Source: Chlamydiia bacterium (GTDB lineage: Bacteria; Chlamydiota; Chlamydiia; Chlamydiales; Rhabdochlamydiaceae). From it: a DNA stretch of 64,000 nt. The notes under the pieces are model-generated. The model was not told the origin of the DNA. It ran no database searches and saw only the letters and a list, made by a program, of their open reading frames with translations. The stretch spans positions 75,288 to 139,287 of the forward strand of contig CAWDOQ010000016.1 of the NCBI GenBank assembly GCA_963804085.1, written 5' to 3'. Made by a program: the position numbers and the translations under genes. Positions 49,733 to 59,027 of this stretch are shown one piece after another (positions within the stretch are counted from its first letter, which is position 1; every line of letters starts with the position of its first letter).

Positions 49733-50569
49733 TTAGTCGACCTCTTCCTCTTCGGGTTCAAACTCTTCCAAGGTCTTCGACTTTTTACCTGCTATCAAAC
49801 GTATTGCTGACAAGACAAGCGCAAGCAAGATATACCCCCAGGAGACTGTGGCGAGCATGATGGGGAAATAGTAGAGAATGCCATAGAGAACAAAGATCGC
49901 AAAAATGACTGTGAGAAAAACCAGTTGAAAGGAGGGAACGCGGAAGTGGAGTACTTTTAAACTGGGGAATTTCCAGCGGCTGACCATGAAATAGCCGAGG
50001 ATGATCATCAGCGTTGGAAGAATAAACGCCTCAGTTCTTGGTGCTAGATGCGTGATACCCTCTCCAAAGGGCGAGGAGAGAAAGAGGTTGGCAGAAACTG
50101 CGGCAATCGCAGCGGCAGGAATGGGCAGACCGGTAAAATGCTTCTTTTGCGCCTCTGCCATATCCGAGTTGCTCTTCGCTTCTCCTGCTTTTACATTAAA
50201 GCGCACGAGACGGAGCACCCCTCCAATCGAGTAGAGCATTGCACCAATAACTGCAAAAAAAGAGAGGCCGGTACCCTGCTCTAAAGAGAGGCTTTTCAAG
50301 AGAAGAACAGAGGGGGCGACACCAAAAGAGATCGCGTCGGCTAAGGAATCGAACATAAAACCAAACTCGCTCTGCGCACGAAAGACGCGCGCAATCGCCC
50401 CATCTGCAAAGTCGGCAAAGGCAGCGACAAGTAGAAGGAGCGCGGCGGATTGGAGGAGTTGATAAGTCCCCGCACCGGGCTCTACCATGTTGACTTTGAA
50501 AATCACAAAGAGTCCGCAGGCTAGGCCAAATGCTGTGATGATATTGGGGAGGAGATTGATTTGTTTCAT
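49733..50569 (-). CDS. pssA: CDP-diacylglycerol--serine O-phosphatidyltransferase
   Basis: DFADGAIAR...SEFG..FDSLADAISFGVAP CDP-alcohol motif; RLVRFN, FTGLP.P. Confidence 0.93.
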   Translation of the reverse strand: MKQINLLPNIITAFGLACGLFVIFKVNMVEPGAGTYQLLQSAALLLLVAAFADFADGAIARVFRAQSEFGFMFDSLADAISFGVAPSVLLLKSLSLEQGTGLSFFAVIGAMLYSIGGVLRLVRFNVKAGEAKSNSDMAEAQKKHFTGLPIPAAAIAAVSANLFLSSPFGEGITHLAPRTEAFILPTLMIILGYFMVSRWKFPSLKVLHFRVPSFQLVFLTVIFAIFVLYGILYYFPIMLATVSWGYILLALVLSAIRLIAGKKSKTLEEFEPEEEEVD

Positions 50570-50611
50570 ATTGTCAATTTAGCAAAAGCACAGAAAGAAT
50601 GCTCTTAAAAA

Positions 50612-50690
50612 CGTGCCCGTGTGCGTGCCCGTGCCCGTGCCCGAATTAATCCGAATCGGGCACAGGCATGCGGGCACGGCAGCGGGCACG
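50612..50690. repeat. GTGCCC/GGGCAC inverted tandem repeat
   Basis: CGTGCCC units followed by GGGCAC units. Confidence 0.7.
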
Positions 50691-50786
50691 AAAAATGAAT
50701 CGGATTGTGACGTATCTCGCTCAATGAGAGTGCTATAAAAATTCTTTTAAGCTCGATTCTTTTTTTTCTAGACTTTATGATTCAGG

Positions 50787-50834
50787 CTACAATATATGGT
50801 GTATCAAGAAGCAAAACCCTACCAGATGTAGTAG
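50787..50834 (+). promoter_or_regulatory. Tandem NrdR boxes
   Basis: ctaCaAtATaTgGtgt (50787-50802) and ctaCcAgATgTaGtag (50819-50834), 32 bp apart, matching acaCwAtATaTwGtgt upstream of nrdA. Confidence 0.8.
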
Positions 50835-50861
50835 AACCCAACCCTCTTTAGGAGACCCTCT

Positions 50862-53800
50862 ATGCGTAATAAAAGCCCTACTTCCCCAGCAAACCTCCTC
50901 GGAGCAATCAAAGAGAAGGATCAGTCTAATATGAGCGAAAAACAGTTCAGTGTCGTCAAGAGAAATGGCTCTCTTGTCCCCTTCAGAAAAGAGCGGATTT
51001 CTCTAGCGATTGAAGCCGCATTTCGCGACCTGAAAAAGGTGGCAAAAGAAGCTCACCTTCCTACCGACATAAAAGAAGCGGTCGAAGAGGTGACAGATCG
51101 TATAGCCGAACAACTGGTCACACTCGCTGAAAAGGGCGCCTCTATCACGGTAGAAGGCATTCAAGATCTGGTCGAAGTGACTCTGATGAAGTGCGACCAT
51201 CACGATGTCGCAAAGGGCTACATCCTCTATCGCGATCAGCATAAGGCGCTCCGCGAAGACTCTCCACAAAATCTCAAAGTACAGAGAAAAGACGGCACTT
51301 TTGCCCGTTTTAATCCAATGAAGATCGCCTCTTCGATTGAAGAGAGCTTCCGCCGCACACGAAAGCTCGAAACCGCACCCTCTCCTCAAGAGGTGGTCGA
51401 TGGAGTGAATCTTCTCTCGCAGCGCATTGTGGCGCGCGTAGTCGCTCTCTCCAAAGCAGGACAAGTAATAACAGCCGCAGCAATTGAAGATGAGATCGAA
51501 CAGCTCTTAATGCGCGAAGGGTTTTGGAACGTAGCTAAAGAGTACATTCTTCATAGAGCCTCTATAGGCGAGCAGACACAACCTCAGGCTGTATTATCCT
51601 CAGTAGATGAGAGAAAATCCATTCGCACTTTCTCCATCGTGCAAACAGATGGGACAACCCGAACGCTTAATGAATCGGAGCTGCATGCAAGACTCAAATT
51701 TGCCTGCCGTGGTCTAGGAGAGCAGGTCTCCTCCTTTGAGCTTTTCGAGAGCGTGATCATCAACTTCTACGAAGGAATGAAAGAGAGCGAGCTGGACCAG
51801 GCCTATATTTTGGCTGCGCGCTCTAAGATCGAAGTGGAGCCGGCTTATTCACAAGTGGCGTCGCGCCTCCTCTTAGACAACTGCTACCGCGAAACGCTGG
51901 CAACAAATGCATCCGACCCCTCTTTAGAATCCAAGCACCGCGCCTATTTTAAAAGCTACTTCAAGCATGCGATCTCGATCCAGAGGATCCATCCCGATCT
52001 TCTGCAGTTCGACCTGGACATGCTAGCAGGGGCAATCCAGCTGCAGCGCGACGATCTCTTCTCCTACTTAGGGCTGCAAACTCTGTATGATCGCTACTTC
52101 ATCCACGAGATGCAAAAACGGCTCGAGACGCCTCAGATCTTCTGGATGCGCGTCGCAATGGGCCTCGCCCTCTGTGAAAAGGAGCGCAAGAATGAGCGCG
52201 CGATCGAGTTCTACGACGTGCTCTCCAAGTTCCTCTTCGTCTCTAGCACACCGACTCTTTTCAACTCGGGCACGATGCATCCGCAGCTCTCCTCCTGCTA
52301 CCTCTCGACTGTCATGGATGATCTGGGACACATCTTCAAGGTCATCTCGGATGACGCACAGCTCTCCAAGTGGGCAGGCGGCATCGGCAACGACTGGACA
52401 AACGTACGTGCAACAGGCGCAGTCATCAAAGGGACAAACGGCCGCAGCCAGGGCGTGATCCCCTTCTTAAAAGTCGCGAACGACACAGCAGTTGCAGTCA
52501 ATCAGTGCTTTGATCCGCGCACCTTCCTCTATACAAACAGTGGCATCAAGCCGATTGCAGATGTGCATGTCGGCGATCTCGTCCTCGGAATCAGCGGCCA
52601 ATACCGCGAAGTAATGGAAGAGTACTCCTACAAACAAAATGGTCCGATGCTTGAGCTCGATGTTAAGCACTCTCTTGGCCCCATTACTGTTACGACAGGT
52701 CACCCTTTCTATGCTTTACGCGGTGTGCCGATGGAGCAAGCTAATGAACGCACTCTCGAGTGGCTCTCAAAAGGGAAGATCTCTTGCGAATGGGTCGACG
52801 CAGGTGAATTACAAAAAGGGGATTACATCGCTCAGATTATCCCAAAAGAAGTTGTTCCCGTTCCCGGCTTTACGGAAGAGGATGCAAGACTTTACGGCAT
52901 CCTTCTCGGCGATGGCCACCTCTCTAAAAATGTGAGCTCTTCTTACTCCTTTACTCAAGAAGATCTCTGTGACACAAACGGTTCCAAACATATCGCGCCT
53001 CGCTTCTCTCATCTACCAGAACGACAAACACTTGCTCTTTTACATGGAATTTTGGAAACAAGTGGCAATGTTTCTCGCGGCAAAGAGATCATATTTACAA
53101 ATACTTCGCTGCCGCTCATTGAAGGCATTCGTTATCAGCTCTTGAGGCTAGGCATCCCAACAACTGGCAAACTGCGCAATCGTGCTAAAGGTCTTTATGA
53201 GCTGCGCATCCCCGCAGTAAAAGAGATCGCGGAGCGCGTCGGGTGTAAGCCTCTCACTAAAACGAATTGGCTCACTATCGCGGGTCACCTGTTCAGCCGC
53301 GTGCGTAAGACGAGTGCTACCACTCCCCTTTCGACCGTGCGCGACCTACAAGTCGACTGCGACGAGTCTTATATGACAACCGCAGGTCTTGCCCACAACG
53401 GGGGCAAGCGCAAAGGCGCGATGTGCGCCTACTTGGAGACTTGGCACCTCGACATCGAAGACTTCCTCGATCTGCGCAAGAACACGGGCGATGAGAGACG
53501 CCGTACGCATGACATGAATACGGCTAACTGGATCCCCGATCTTTTCATGAAGCGCGTGAGCGAAAATGGCGTCTGGACTCTCTTTAGTCCAAGCGATGTA
53601 CCCGATCTGCACCACCTCTATGGCGCTGCATTTGAAAAGCGGTACAAAGAGTATGAAAAGGCAGTCGATGAGGGCAAAATCAAGCTCTTCAAAAAGATAG
53701 AAGCGCTGCAGCTTTGGCGCAGAATGCTGAGCATGCTCTTTGAAACCGGCCATCCTTGGATCACTTTCAAAGATCCTTCTAACATCCGTTCGCCGCAAGA

Positions 53801-54995
53801 CCACGTGGGTGTGGTGCACAGCTCGAATCTCTGCACAGAGATCCTGCTGAACACAACTGCAGAAGAGACTGCCGTTTGCAACTTGGGCTCTGTCAACTTG
53901 GTTGAGCACATGACAAGCAAGGGTCTAGATGAGAAGAAGGTCTCTCAGACGATCCGCACAGCGGTGCGCATGCTCGACAACGTGATCGACATCAACTACT
54001 ACCCGACAGCCGAAGCCAAGAATGCCAACTTGCGCCATCGTCCGATCGGTCTTGGCATCATGGGCTTCCAAGATGCTCTTTACATGCAGAACATCAGCTA
54101 CGCAAGCCACGAAGCGGTCGAATTTGCAGACTCGAGCATGGAGATGATCTCCTACTACGCGATCCTCGCCTCTTCTGAGCTAGCTCTTGAGCGAGGCACC
54201 TACTCGACCTATAAGGGATCCAAGTGGGATAGAGGCATGCTGCCGATAGACACGATCGCACTCTTAGAAAAAGAGAGGGGCGGCTATCTCGAGATGGACA
54301 GAAGCTCTAAGATGAATTGGGATCTTGTGCGCGAGAAGGTCAAAAAGCATGGTGTGCGCAATAGCAATACGATGGCGATTGCACCAACTGCTACGATCTC
54401 AAATATCACGGGAGTCACTCAGTCTATCGAGCCTATGTACAAGCACCTCTTCGTCAAGTCTAACTTGTCGGGAGAGTTCACGGTCGTCAACACCTTCTTA
54501 GTAAATAAACTGAAGGAGCTCGGCATATGGGACAACGCGATGCTAGACGATCTGAAATACTTCGACGGATCGATTACAGAGATCGAGCGTATCCCTCAAG
54601 AGGTCAAGCAGCTCTTCTTGACTGCTTTCGAAATCGATCCAGAATGGATAATCGAATGCGCAAGTAGACGCCAGAAGTGGATCGATATGGGCCAGTCGCT
54701 CAACCTCTATATGGCAGAGCCGAGCGGGAAAAAACTGCACCAGATGTACCTCTTCTCCTGGACAAAAGGATTGAAGACCAACTACTATTTGCGCACACTT
54801 GCCGCGACGCAGATTGAAAAATCTACGACCGACATCAATGCCCGTGGCTTGCAGCCGCGCTGGATGAAGAACAAGTCCGCATCTAGCGACATCCAGATCG
54901 ATCGCGAGACGCCTGTTGTAGAAGAGATTGTCGAAAAGAAAAAAGATAAACCGATAAGCTGCAGCCTCGAAGAGGGCTGTGAAAGCTGTCAATAA
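50862..54995 (+). CDS. nrdA: Ribonucleotide reductase class I alpha subunit with three ATP-cones and an intein
   Basis: VVKRNG, VQRKDG and IVQTDG cone starts; TPTLFNSG, QLSSCYL, SNLCTEI, VCNLGS, APTATIS, C-terminal CESCQ. Confidence 0.97.
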   Translation: MRNKSPTSPANLLGAIKEKDQSNMSEKQFSVVKRNGSLVPFRKERISLAIEAAFRDLKKVAKEAHLPTDIKEAVEEVTDRIAEQLVTLAEKGASITVEGIQDLVEVTLMKCDHHDVAKGYILYRDQHKALREDSPQNLKVQRKDGTFARFNPMKIASSIEESFRRTRKLETAPSPQEVVDGVNLLSQRIVARVVALSKAGQVITAAAIEDEIEQLLMREGFWNVAKEYILHRASIGEQTQPQAVLSSVDERKSIRTFSIVQTDGTTRTLNESELHARLKFACRGLGEQVSSFELFESVIINFYEGMKESELDQAYILAARSKIEVEPAYSQVASRLLLDNCYRETLATNASDPSLESKHRAYFKSYFKHAISIQRIHPDLLQFDLDMLAGAIQLQRDDLFSYLGLQTLYDRYFIHEMQKRLETPQIFWMRVAMGLALCEKERKNERAIEFYDVLSKFLFVSSTPTLFNSGTMHPQLSSCYLSTVMDDLGHIFKVISDDAQLSKWAGGIGNDWTNVRATGAVIKGTNGRSQGVIPFLKVANDTAVAVNQCFDPRTFLYTNSGIKPIADVHVGDLVLGISGQYREVMEEYSYKQNGPMLELDVKHSLGPITVTTGHPFYALRGVPMEQANERTLEWLSKGKISCEWVDAGELQKGDYIAQIIPKEVVPVPGFTEEDARLYGILLGDGHLSKNVSSSYSFTQEDLCDTNGSKHIAPRFSHLPERQTLALLHGILETSGNVSRGKEIIFTNTSLPLIEGIRYQLLRLGIPTTGKLRNRAKGLYELRIPAVKEIAERVGCKPLTKTNWLTIAGHLFSRVRKTSATTPLSTVRDLQVDCDESYMTTAGLAHNGGKRKGAMCAYLETWHLDIEDFLDLRKNTGDERRRTHDMNTANWIPDLFMKRVSENGVWTLFSPSDVPDLHHLYGAAFEKRYKEYEKAVDEGKIKLFKKIEALQLWRRMLSMLFETGHPWITFKDPSNIRSPQDHVGVVHSSNLCTEILLNTTAEETAVCNLGSVNLVEHMTSKGLDEKKVSQTIRTAVRMLDNVIDINYYPTAEAKNANLRHRPIGLGIMGFQDALYMQNISYASHEAVEFADSSMEMISYYAILASSELALERGTYSTYKGSKWDRGMLPIDTIALLEKERGGYLEMDRSSKMNWDLVREKVKKHGVRNSNTMAIAPTATISNITGVTQSIEPMYKHLFVKSNLSGEFTVVNTFLVNKLKELGIWDNAMLDDLKYFDGSITEIERIPQEVKQLFLTAFEIDPEWIIECASRRQKWIDMGQSLNLYMAEPSGKKLHQMYLFSWTKGLKTNYYLRTLAATQIEKSTTDINARGLQPRWMKNKSASSDIQIDRETPVVEEIVEKKKDKPISCSLEEGCESCQ
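52506..53399 (+). mobile_element. Intein (298 aa) in nrdA with degenerate LAGLIDADG endonuclease; +1 residue Gly
   Basis: AVNQ|CFDPRT..., block B TTGHPF, block C GILLGDG, block E GILETSG, block F/G VRDLQV...AHN|GGKRKGA. Confidence 0.93.
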
Positions 54996-55010
54996 TAGAG
55001 GGATAAAACC

Positions 55011-56054
55011 ATGCAAGCGATTGAAAAAGAGGGCAAGTCCAAACGCGTACAAGTCGCCGAAAAAAGGCTGATCAACTGCCACAAGGTCGACGTCAATCAG
55101 CTCATGCCGCTCAAGTATAAATGGGCATGGGAGCACTATCTCAACGGCTGCGCCAACCACTGGATGCCGACAGAGGTGCCGATGGGAAAAGATATCGAGA
55201 CATGGAAATCGAATGTGCTCAGTCCCGATGAGAAGCGCGTCATCATGCGTAACTTAGGCTTCTTTAGCACAGCGGAGAGCCTTGTCGGAAACAATATCAC
55301 CCTTGCCATCTTTAAGTTCGTGACCAATCCCGAAGTGCGCCAGTACTTGCTTCGTCAAGCTTTTGAAGAGGCGATCCATACGCACACCTTCCACTACATC
55401 GTAGAGTCACTCTCGCTCGATCAGGGCGAGGTGTTCAACATGTACAACGAGATCAACTCGATCCACGATAAAGACGCGTTTGAAATGAAGCTGACGGAAG
55501 CGATGCTCCAAGATGGCTTTACGACATCGACACCTGAAGGAGCGCAGAAGTTTCTAGAAAACCTGATCGGCTTCTACATCATCATGGAAGGGATCTTCTT
55601 CTACAGCGGCTTTGTGATGATCCTCTCCTTCCACCGCCAGAACAAGATGACCGGTATCGGCGAGCAGTTCCAATATATCCTGCGCGACGAGACGATCCAT
55701 CTCAACTTCGGCATCGACCTTATCAACGGAATCAAAGAGGAGAATCCCGATCTTTGGACACCTGCTTTTCAAGCGCATGTAGTTGAACTCATTAGAGAAG
55801 CAGTAGAGCTCGAAGTGCTCTATGCCGAAGACTGCCTGCCAAAAGGGATCTTAGGTCTTACGGCGCCGATGTTCCGCGAATATGTGCAGTATATCGCAGA
55901 CAGACGTCTGGAACGTATCGGACTAAAAGCGATCTACCGCTCTAAAAACCCCTTCCCATGGATGAGCGAGACGATCGACCTCGGCAAAGAGAAGAACTTC
56001 TTTGAAACACGCGTGACAGAGTATCAGTCCTCCTCTACTTTGACTTGGACTTAG
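55011..56054 (+). CDS. nrdB: Ribonucleotide reductase beta subunit, class Ic (R2c, Mn/Fe type)
   Basis: STAES (Glu first ligand), EEAIHTHTF (Phe at the radical-Tyr position), [16 protein letters not shown]. Confidence 0.95.
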   Translation: MQAIEKEGKSKRVQVAEKRLINCHKVDVNQLMPLKYKWAWEHYLNGCANHWMPTEVPMGKDIETWKSNVLSPDEKRVIMRNLGFFSTAESLVGNNITLAIFKFVTNPEVRQYLLRQAFEEAIHTHTFHYIVESLSLDQGEVFNMYNEINSIHDKDAFEMKLTEAMLQDGFTTSTPEGAQKFLENLIGFYIIMEGIFFYSGFVMILSFHRQNKMTGIGEQFQYILRDETIHLNFGIDLINGIKEENPDLWTPAFQAHVVELIREAVELEVLYAEDCLPKGILGLTAPMFREYVQYIADRRLERIGLKAIYRSKNPFPWMSETIDLGKEKNFFETRVTEYQSSSTLTWT

Positions 56055-58945
56055 AAAATTTGAAAAAGAATGAGAAAATTGGCGACTTTGTCGTCACAAA
56101 GGTAATGCCTATCGAGGAGCTGAAAACCACGCTCCTCGAGCTTGTGCATGAACCAACCGGTGCGCAAGTCATGCACCTTGCAAATGAGGATCCGGAAAAT
56201 CTATTTTGCCTCTCTTTTCGCACCCTTCCGACAGACTCGAAAGGTGTGGCCCACATCTTAGAGCACACAGTGCTCTGCGGCTCAAAAAAATATCCGATCA
56301 AAGACCCCTTCTTTGCAATGACACGCCGCAGCTTAAACACCTACATGAATGCGCTAACAGGTTCCGACTTCACCTGCTATCCCGCAGCTAGCCAGGTGGA
56401 AAAGGATTTCTACAATCTGTTCGAAGTCTACATCGATGCTGTCTTTAATCCCGAACTTAAGAAGGTGAGCTTTTTGCAAGAGGGACACCGCCTAGAATTC
56501 GCAGAAGCGAACAACCCCAAAAGCCCTCTGGAATTTAAAGGGATCGTCTTTAACGAGATGAAGGGAAGCATGGCATCACCCGACGCGCGCCTCTGGCACA
56601 CGCTCATGGAAGCCCTCGTGCCCGATCTTCCTTATTCGCACAATGCAGGAGGCGATCCTGTACACATCCCCGAGCTCACCTACGATGAGCTCACGAGCTT
56701 CCATCAAACCTACTACCATCCAAGCCGCTGCCTCTTCTTCTTTTATGGCAACCTCCCCTTGAAGAGACATTTAGACTACCTTGAAGAGCATGCGCTTAAA
56801 AATGTGCGTCCTCTTCCCCCAGTTCCATCACTGCCTCTCCAAAGACGTTTTAAAAAGCCGGTGACCACTTCCGGACACTATCCGATTAATGAAGGGGAAA
56901 GCCTTTCTAGCAAAACCATTCATGCCTTTGGCTGGCTCACCACGCCTGTTCTCGAGCAAGAAGAGGTGCTCGCCTTAAGCGTTTTAGATTCTATTTTGAT
57001 GGACACCGACGCCTCTTTATTAAAACTCCCTCTTTTAAAATCGGGTCTTTGTACGCAAGCAGATGCCTACATGGATATCGAGATGAGCGAGGTGCCCTAC
57101 TTGATCGCCTGCAAAGGATGCGAAAAAGAGAGCGGTGAGAAGTTGGAGAAGCAGCTGTTAGAGACGTTGCATGATATCGTCAAGAAAGGCATTCCTGCTC
57201 CCCTTATCGAAACGGCGATCCACCAGCTGGAGTTTGCAAGGACAGAGATCACAGGCGATGCCTCTCCCTTTGGCCTCACTCTTTTTATGCGCTCGGCCCT
57301 TGCAAAACAGCACGGGTGCCCTCCTGAGAATGCGCTCAAGATCCACTCCCGTTTCCAAGAGCTGATCGCGCATACCAAAGATCCCCGTTATCTACCAATG
57401 CTGATCCAAAAATACTTTTTGGACAACGCGCACCGTGTGCGGCTCGTCTTAACTCCCGACCCGACACTTTCCAATCGAGAGCTTGAAAAAGAAAAAGAGA
57501 CGCTCAGCAAAATACAAAAAAAACTCTCGCCCAAAGAAACAGAGCAGATTTTAAAACAGGCAGAGGAGCTAGAGCACTACCAACAAGAGACAGAGAAACA
57601 GAACATAGAGATCTTGCCTAAGGTGACCCTGGATGATGTGCCTGTTCTAATCCACGATCTTACCCTCAAGCAAGAAAAGGAGGGTGAGCTCAGCGTCTTT
57701 CACCACACCGCTTTTACCAACCATATCCTCTACGCCGACCTGGTCTTTGATATGCCGGAGATTGACGAGGAGGAGCTCCCCTATGTGCAGCTGCTCTTTG
57801 CTCTCATCCCCGAGCTTGGCGCAGGCAAGAGAAGCTACGCCGAAAATCTCGCCTACATCCAATCGCATACAGGCGGTATTGCTATCGCCACGCATCTCCA
57901 TCCACAGGTAGAAGACCACAACCAGTTAAAGCCCTCTTGGAACCTGCATAGCAAGGCCCTCTTTCGTAAACGGGACAAACTCTTCTCTCTAATTAAAGAG
58001 ATAGCCGAAAGCCCGCAGTTAAACGACAAGGAGAGGCTCTCTGAGCTCATTTTGCAGATGAGCACCGCACTCGAAAGCCATTTTAACAAAAATGCTCTAC
58101 GCTATGCACTCCAGCTGGCGCTGAGCGGCATCTCGGTTTCTGGCTATATCAATGAGTGTTGGGGCGGGCTAAACTACTACAAAATGATCCTGGCTCTTGC
58201 ACACGATCTTCCCAAAAAATTGCCCGGCCTCATCGATCGGTTGGTAGCCTTAAAAGAGAAGCTCTTTTGCGTAAACTCTCCCTCTTTAGTCTTGAGCTGC
58301 GATGAGGAGATGTACCAGAAGCTAAAGAGCGAGCGCTTCTTTGACTTGAACAAGCTCCCCTTAAAAAAGGCAAAACCTTGGACAGGAAACTACGCCTACT
58401 CGCCCACCCAGTCCCATGCGCGCGCCATCTCCACTCCTGTTGCATTCACCGTGCAAGCGCATAAATCGGTCGGCTATCTCCATCCTCATGCTCCAGCTCT
58501 TGCTACCGTCATGCACCTGTTCGAAAACAAGATACTGCACCGTTACATACGAGAAAAAGGTGGCGCATACGGTGCCGGCGCCTCTTATGGCGCATCGGCC
58601 GGAGTCTTCTACTTCCACTCTTATCGCGATCCGCACCTAGCCAGCACACTCGCCACCTTTGGCCATGCAATTGACGAGATCGCTCGCGGCGATTTCAATG
58701 AGCGCGAGCTAGAAGAGGCAAAGCTCGGCGTCATCCAGCATCTGGATGCACCCCTTGCGCCCGGAAGCCGCGCCATGCAAGCCTACGGCTGGTTTAAAGA
58801 GGGAAAGACAAAAGAAAGGCGCCAGCACTTTAGAGACACGCTGCTGGCACTCACGAAACAACAGATCATTCACATGGTCCAGAGTGAAATCCTCCCCAAA
58901 AAAAGAGCGGCACGATCGTCACCTTTGCAGGATCCGAGCTCCTAG
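56045..58945 (+). CDS. M16C presequence-protease-like zinc metallopeptidase (C-terminus probably extends to ~59001 after an A-run indel)
   Basis: HILEH, NALT...[32 protein letters not shown]. Confidence 0.93.
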   Translation: MDLENLKKNEKIGDFVVTKVMPIEELKTTLLELVHEPTGAQVMHLANEDPENLFCLSFRTLPTDSKGVAHILEHTVLCGSKKYPIKDPFFAMTRRSLNTYMNALTGSDFTCYPAASQVEKDFYNLFEVYIDAVFNPELKKVSFLQEGHRLEFAEANNPKSPLEFKGIVFNEMKGSMASPDARLWHTLMEALVPDLPYSHNAGGDPVHIPELTYDELTSFHQTYYHPSRCLFFFYGNLPLKRHLDYLEEHALKNVRPLPPVPSLPLQRRFKKPVTTSGHYPINEGESLSSKTIHAFGWLTTPVLEQEEVLALSVLDSILMDTDASLLKLPLLKSGLCTQADAYMDIEMSEVPYLIACKGCEKESGEKLEKQLLETLHDIVKKGIPAPLIETAIHQLEFARTEITGDASPFGLTLFMRSALAKQHGCPPENALKIHSRFQELIAHTKDPRYLPMLIQKYFLDNAHRVRLVLTPDPTLSNRELEKEKETLSKIQKKLSPKETEQILKQAEELEHYQQETEKQNIEILPKVTLDDVPVLIHDLTLKQEKEGELSVFHHTAFTNHILYADLVFDMPEIDEEELPYVQLLFALIPELGAGKRSYAENLAYIQSHTGGIAIATHLHPQVEDHNQLKPSWNLHSKALFRKRDKLFSLIKEIAESPQLNDKERLSELILQMSTALESHFNKNALRYALQLALSGISVSGYINECWGGLNYYKMILALAHDLPKKLPGLIDRLVALKEKLFCVNSPSLVLSCDEEMYQKLKSERFFDLNKLPLKKAKPWTGNYAYSPTQSHARAISTPVAFTVQAHKSVGYLHPHAPALATVMHLFENKILHRYIREKGGAYGAGASYGASAGVFYFHSYRDPHLASTLATFGHAIDEIARGDFNERELEEAKLGVIQHLDAPLAPGSRAMQAYGWFKEGKTKERRQHFRDTLLALTKQQIIHMVQSEILPKKRAARSSPLQDPSS

Positions 58946-59027
58946 ATCGCGAACTTCCCTTACTCAAAAAGCCCCTACCTCTCCTCCCATCTAAATCCTA
59001 GAAGCTCGTTTACGCACGGGCTATTCT

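Noticed and set aside
51003..55160. Long antisense ORFs opposite nrdA/nrdB
   Set aside because: Typical antisense shadows of strongly codon-biased genes; no motifs.
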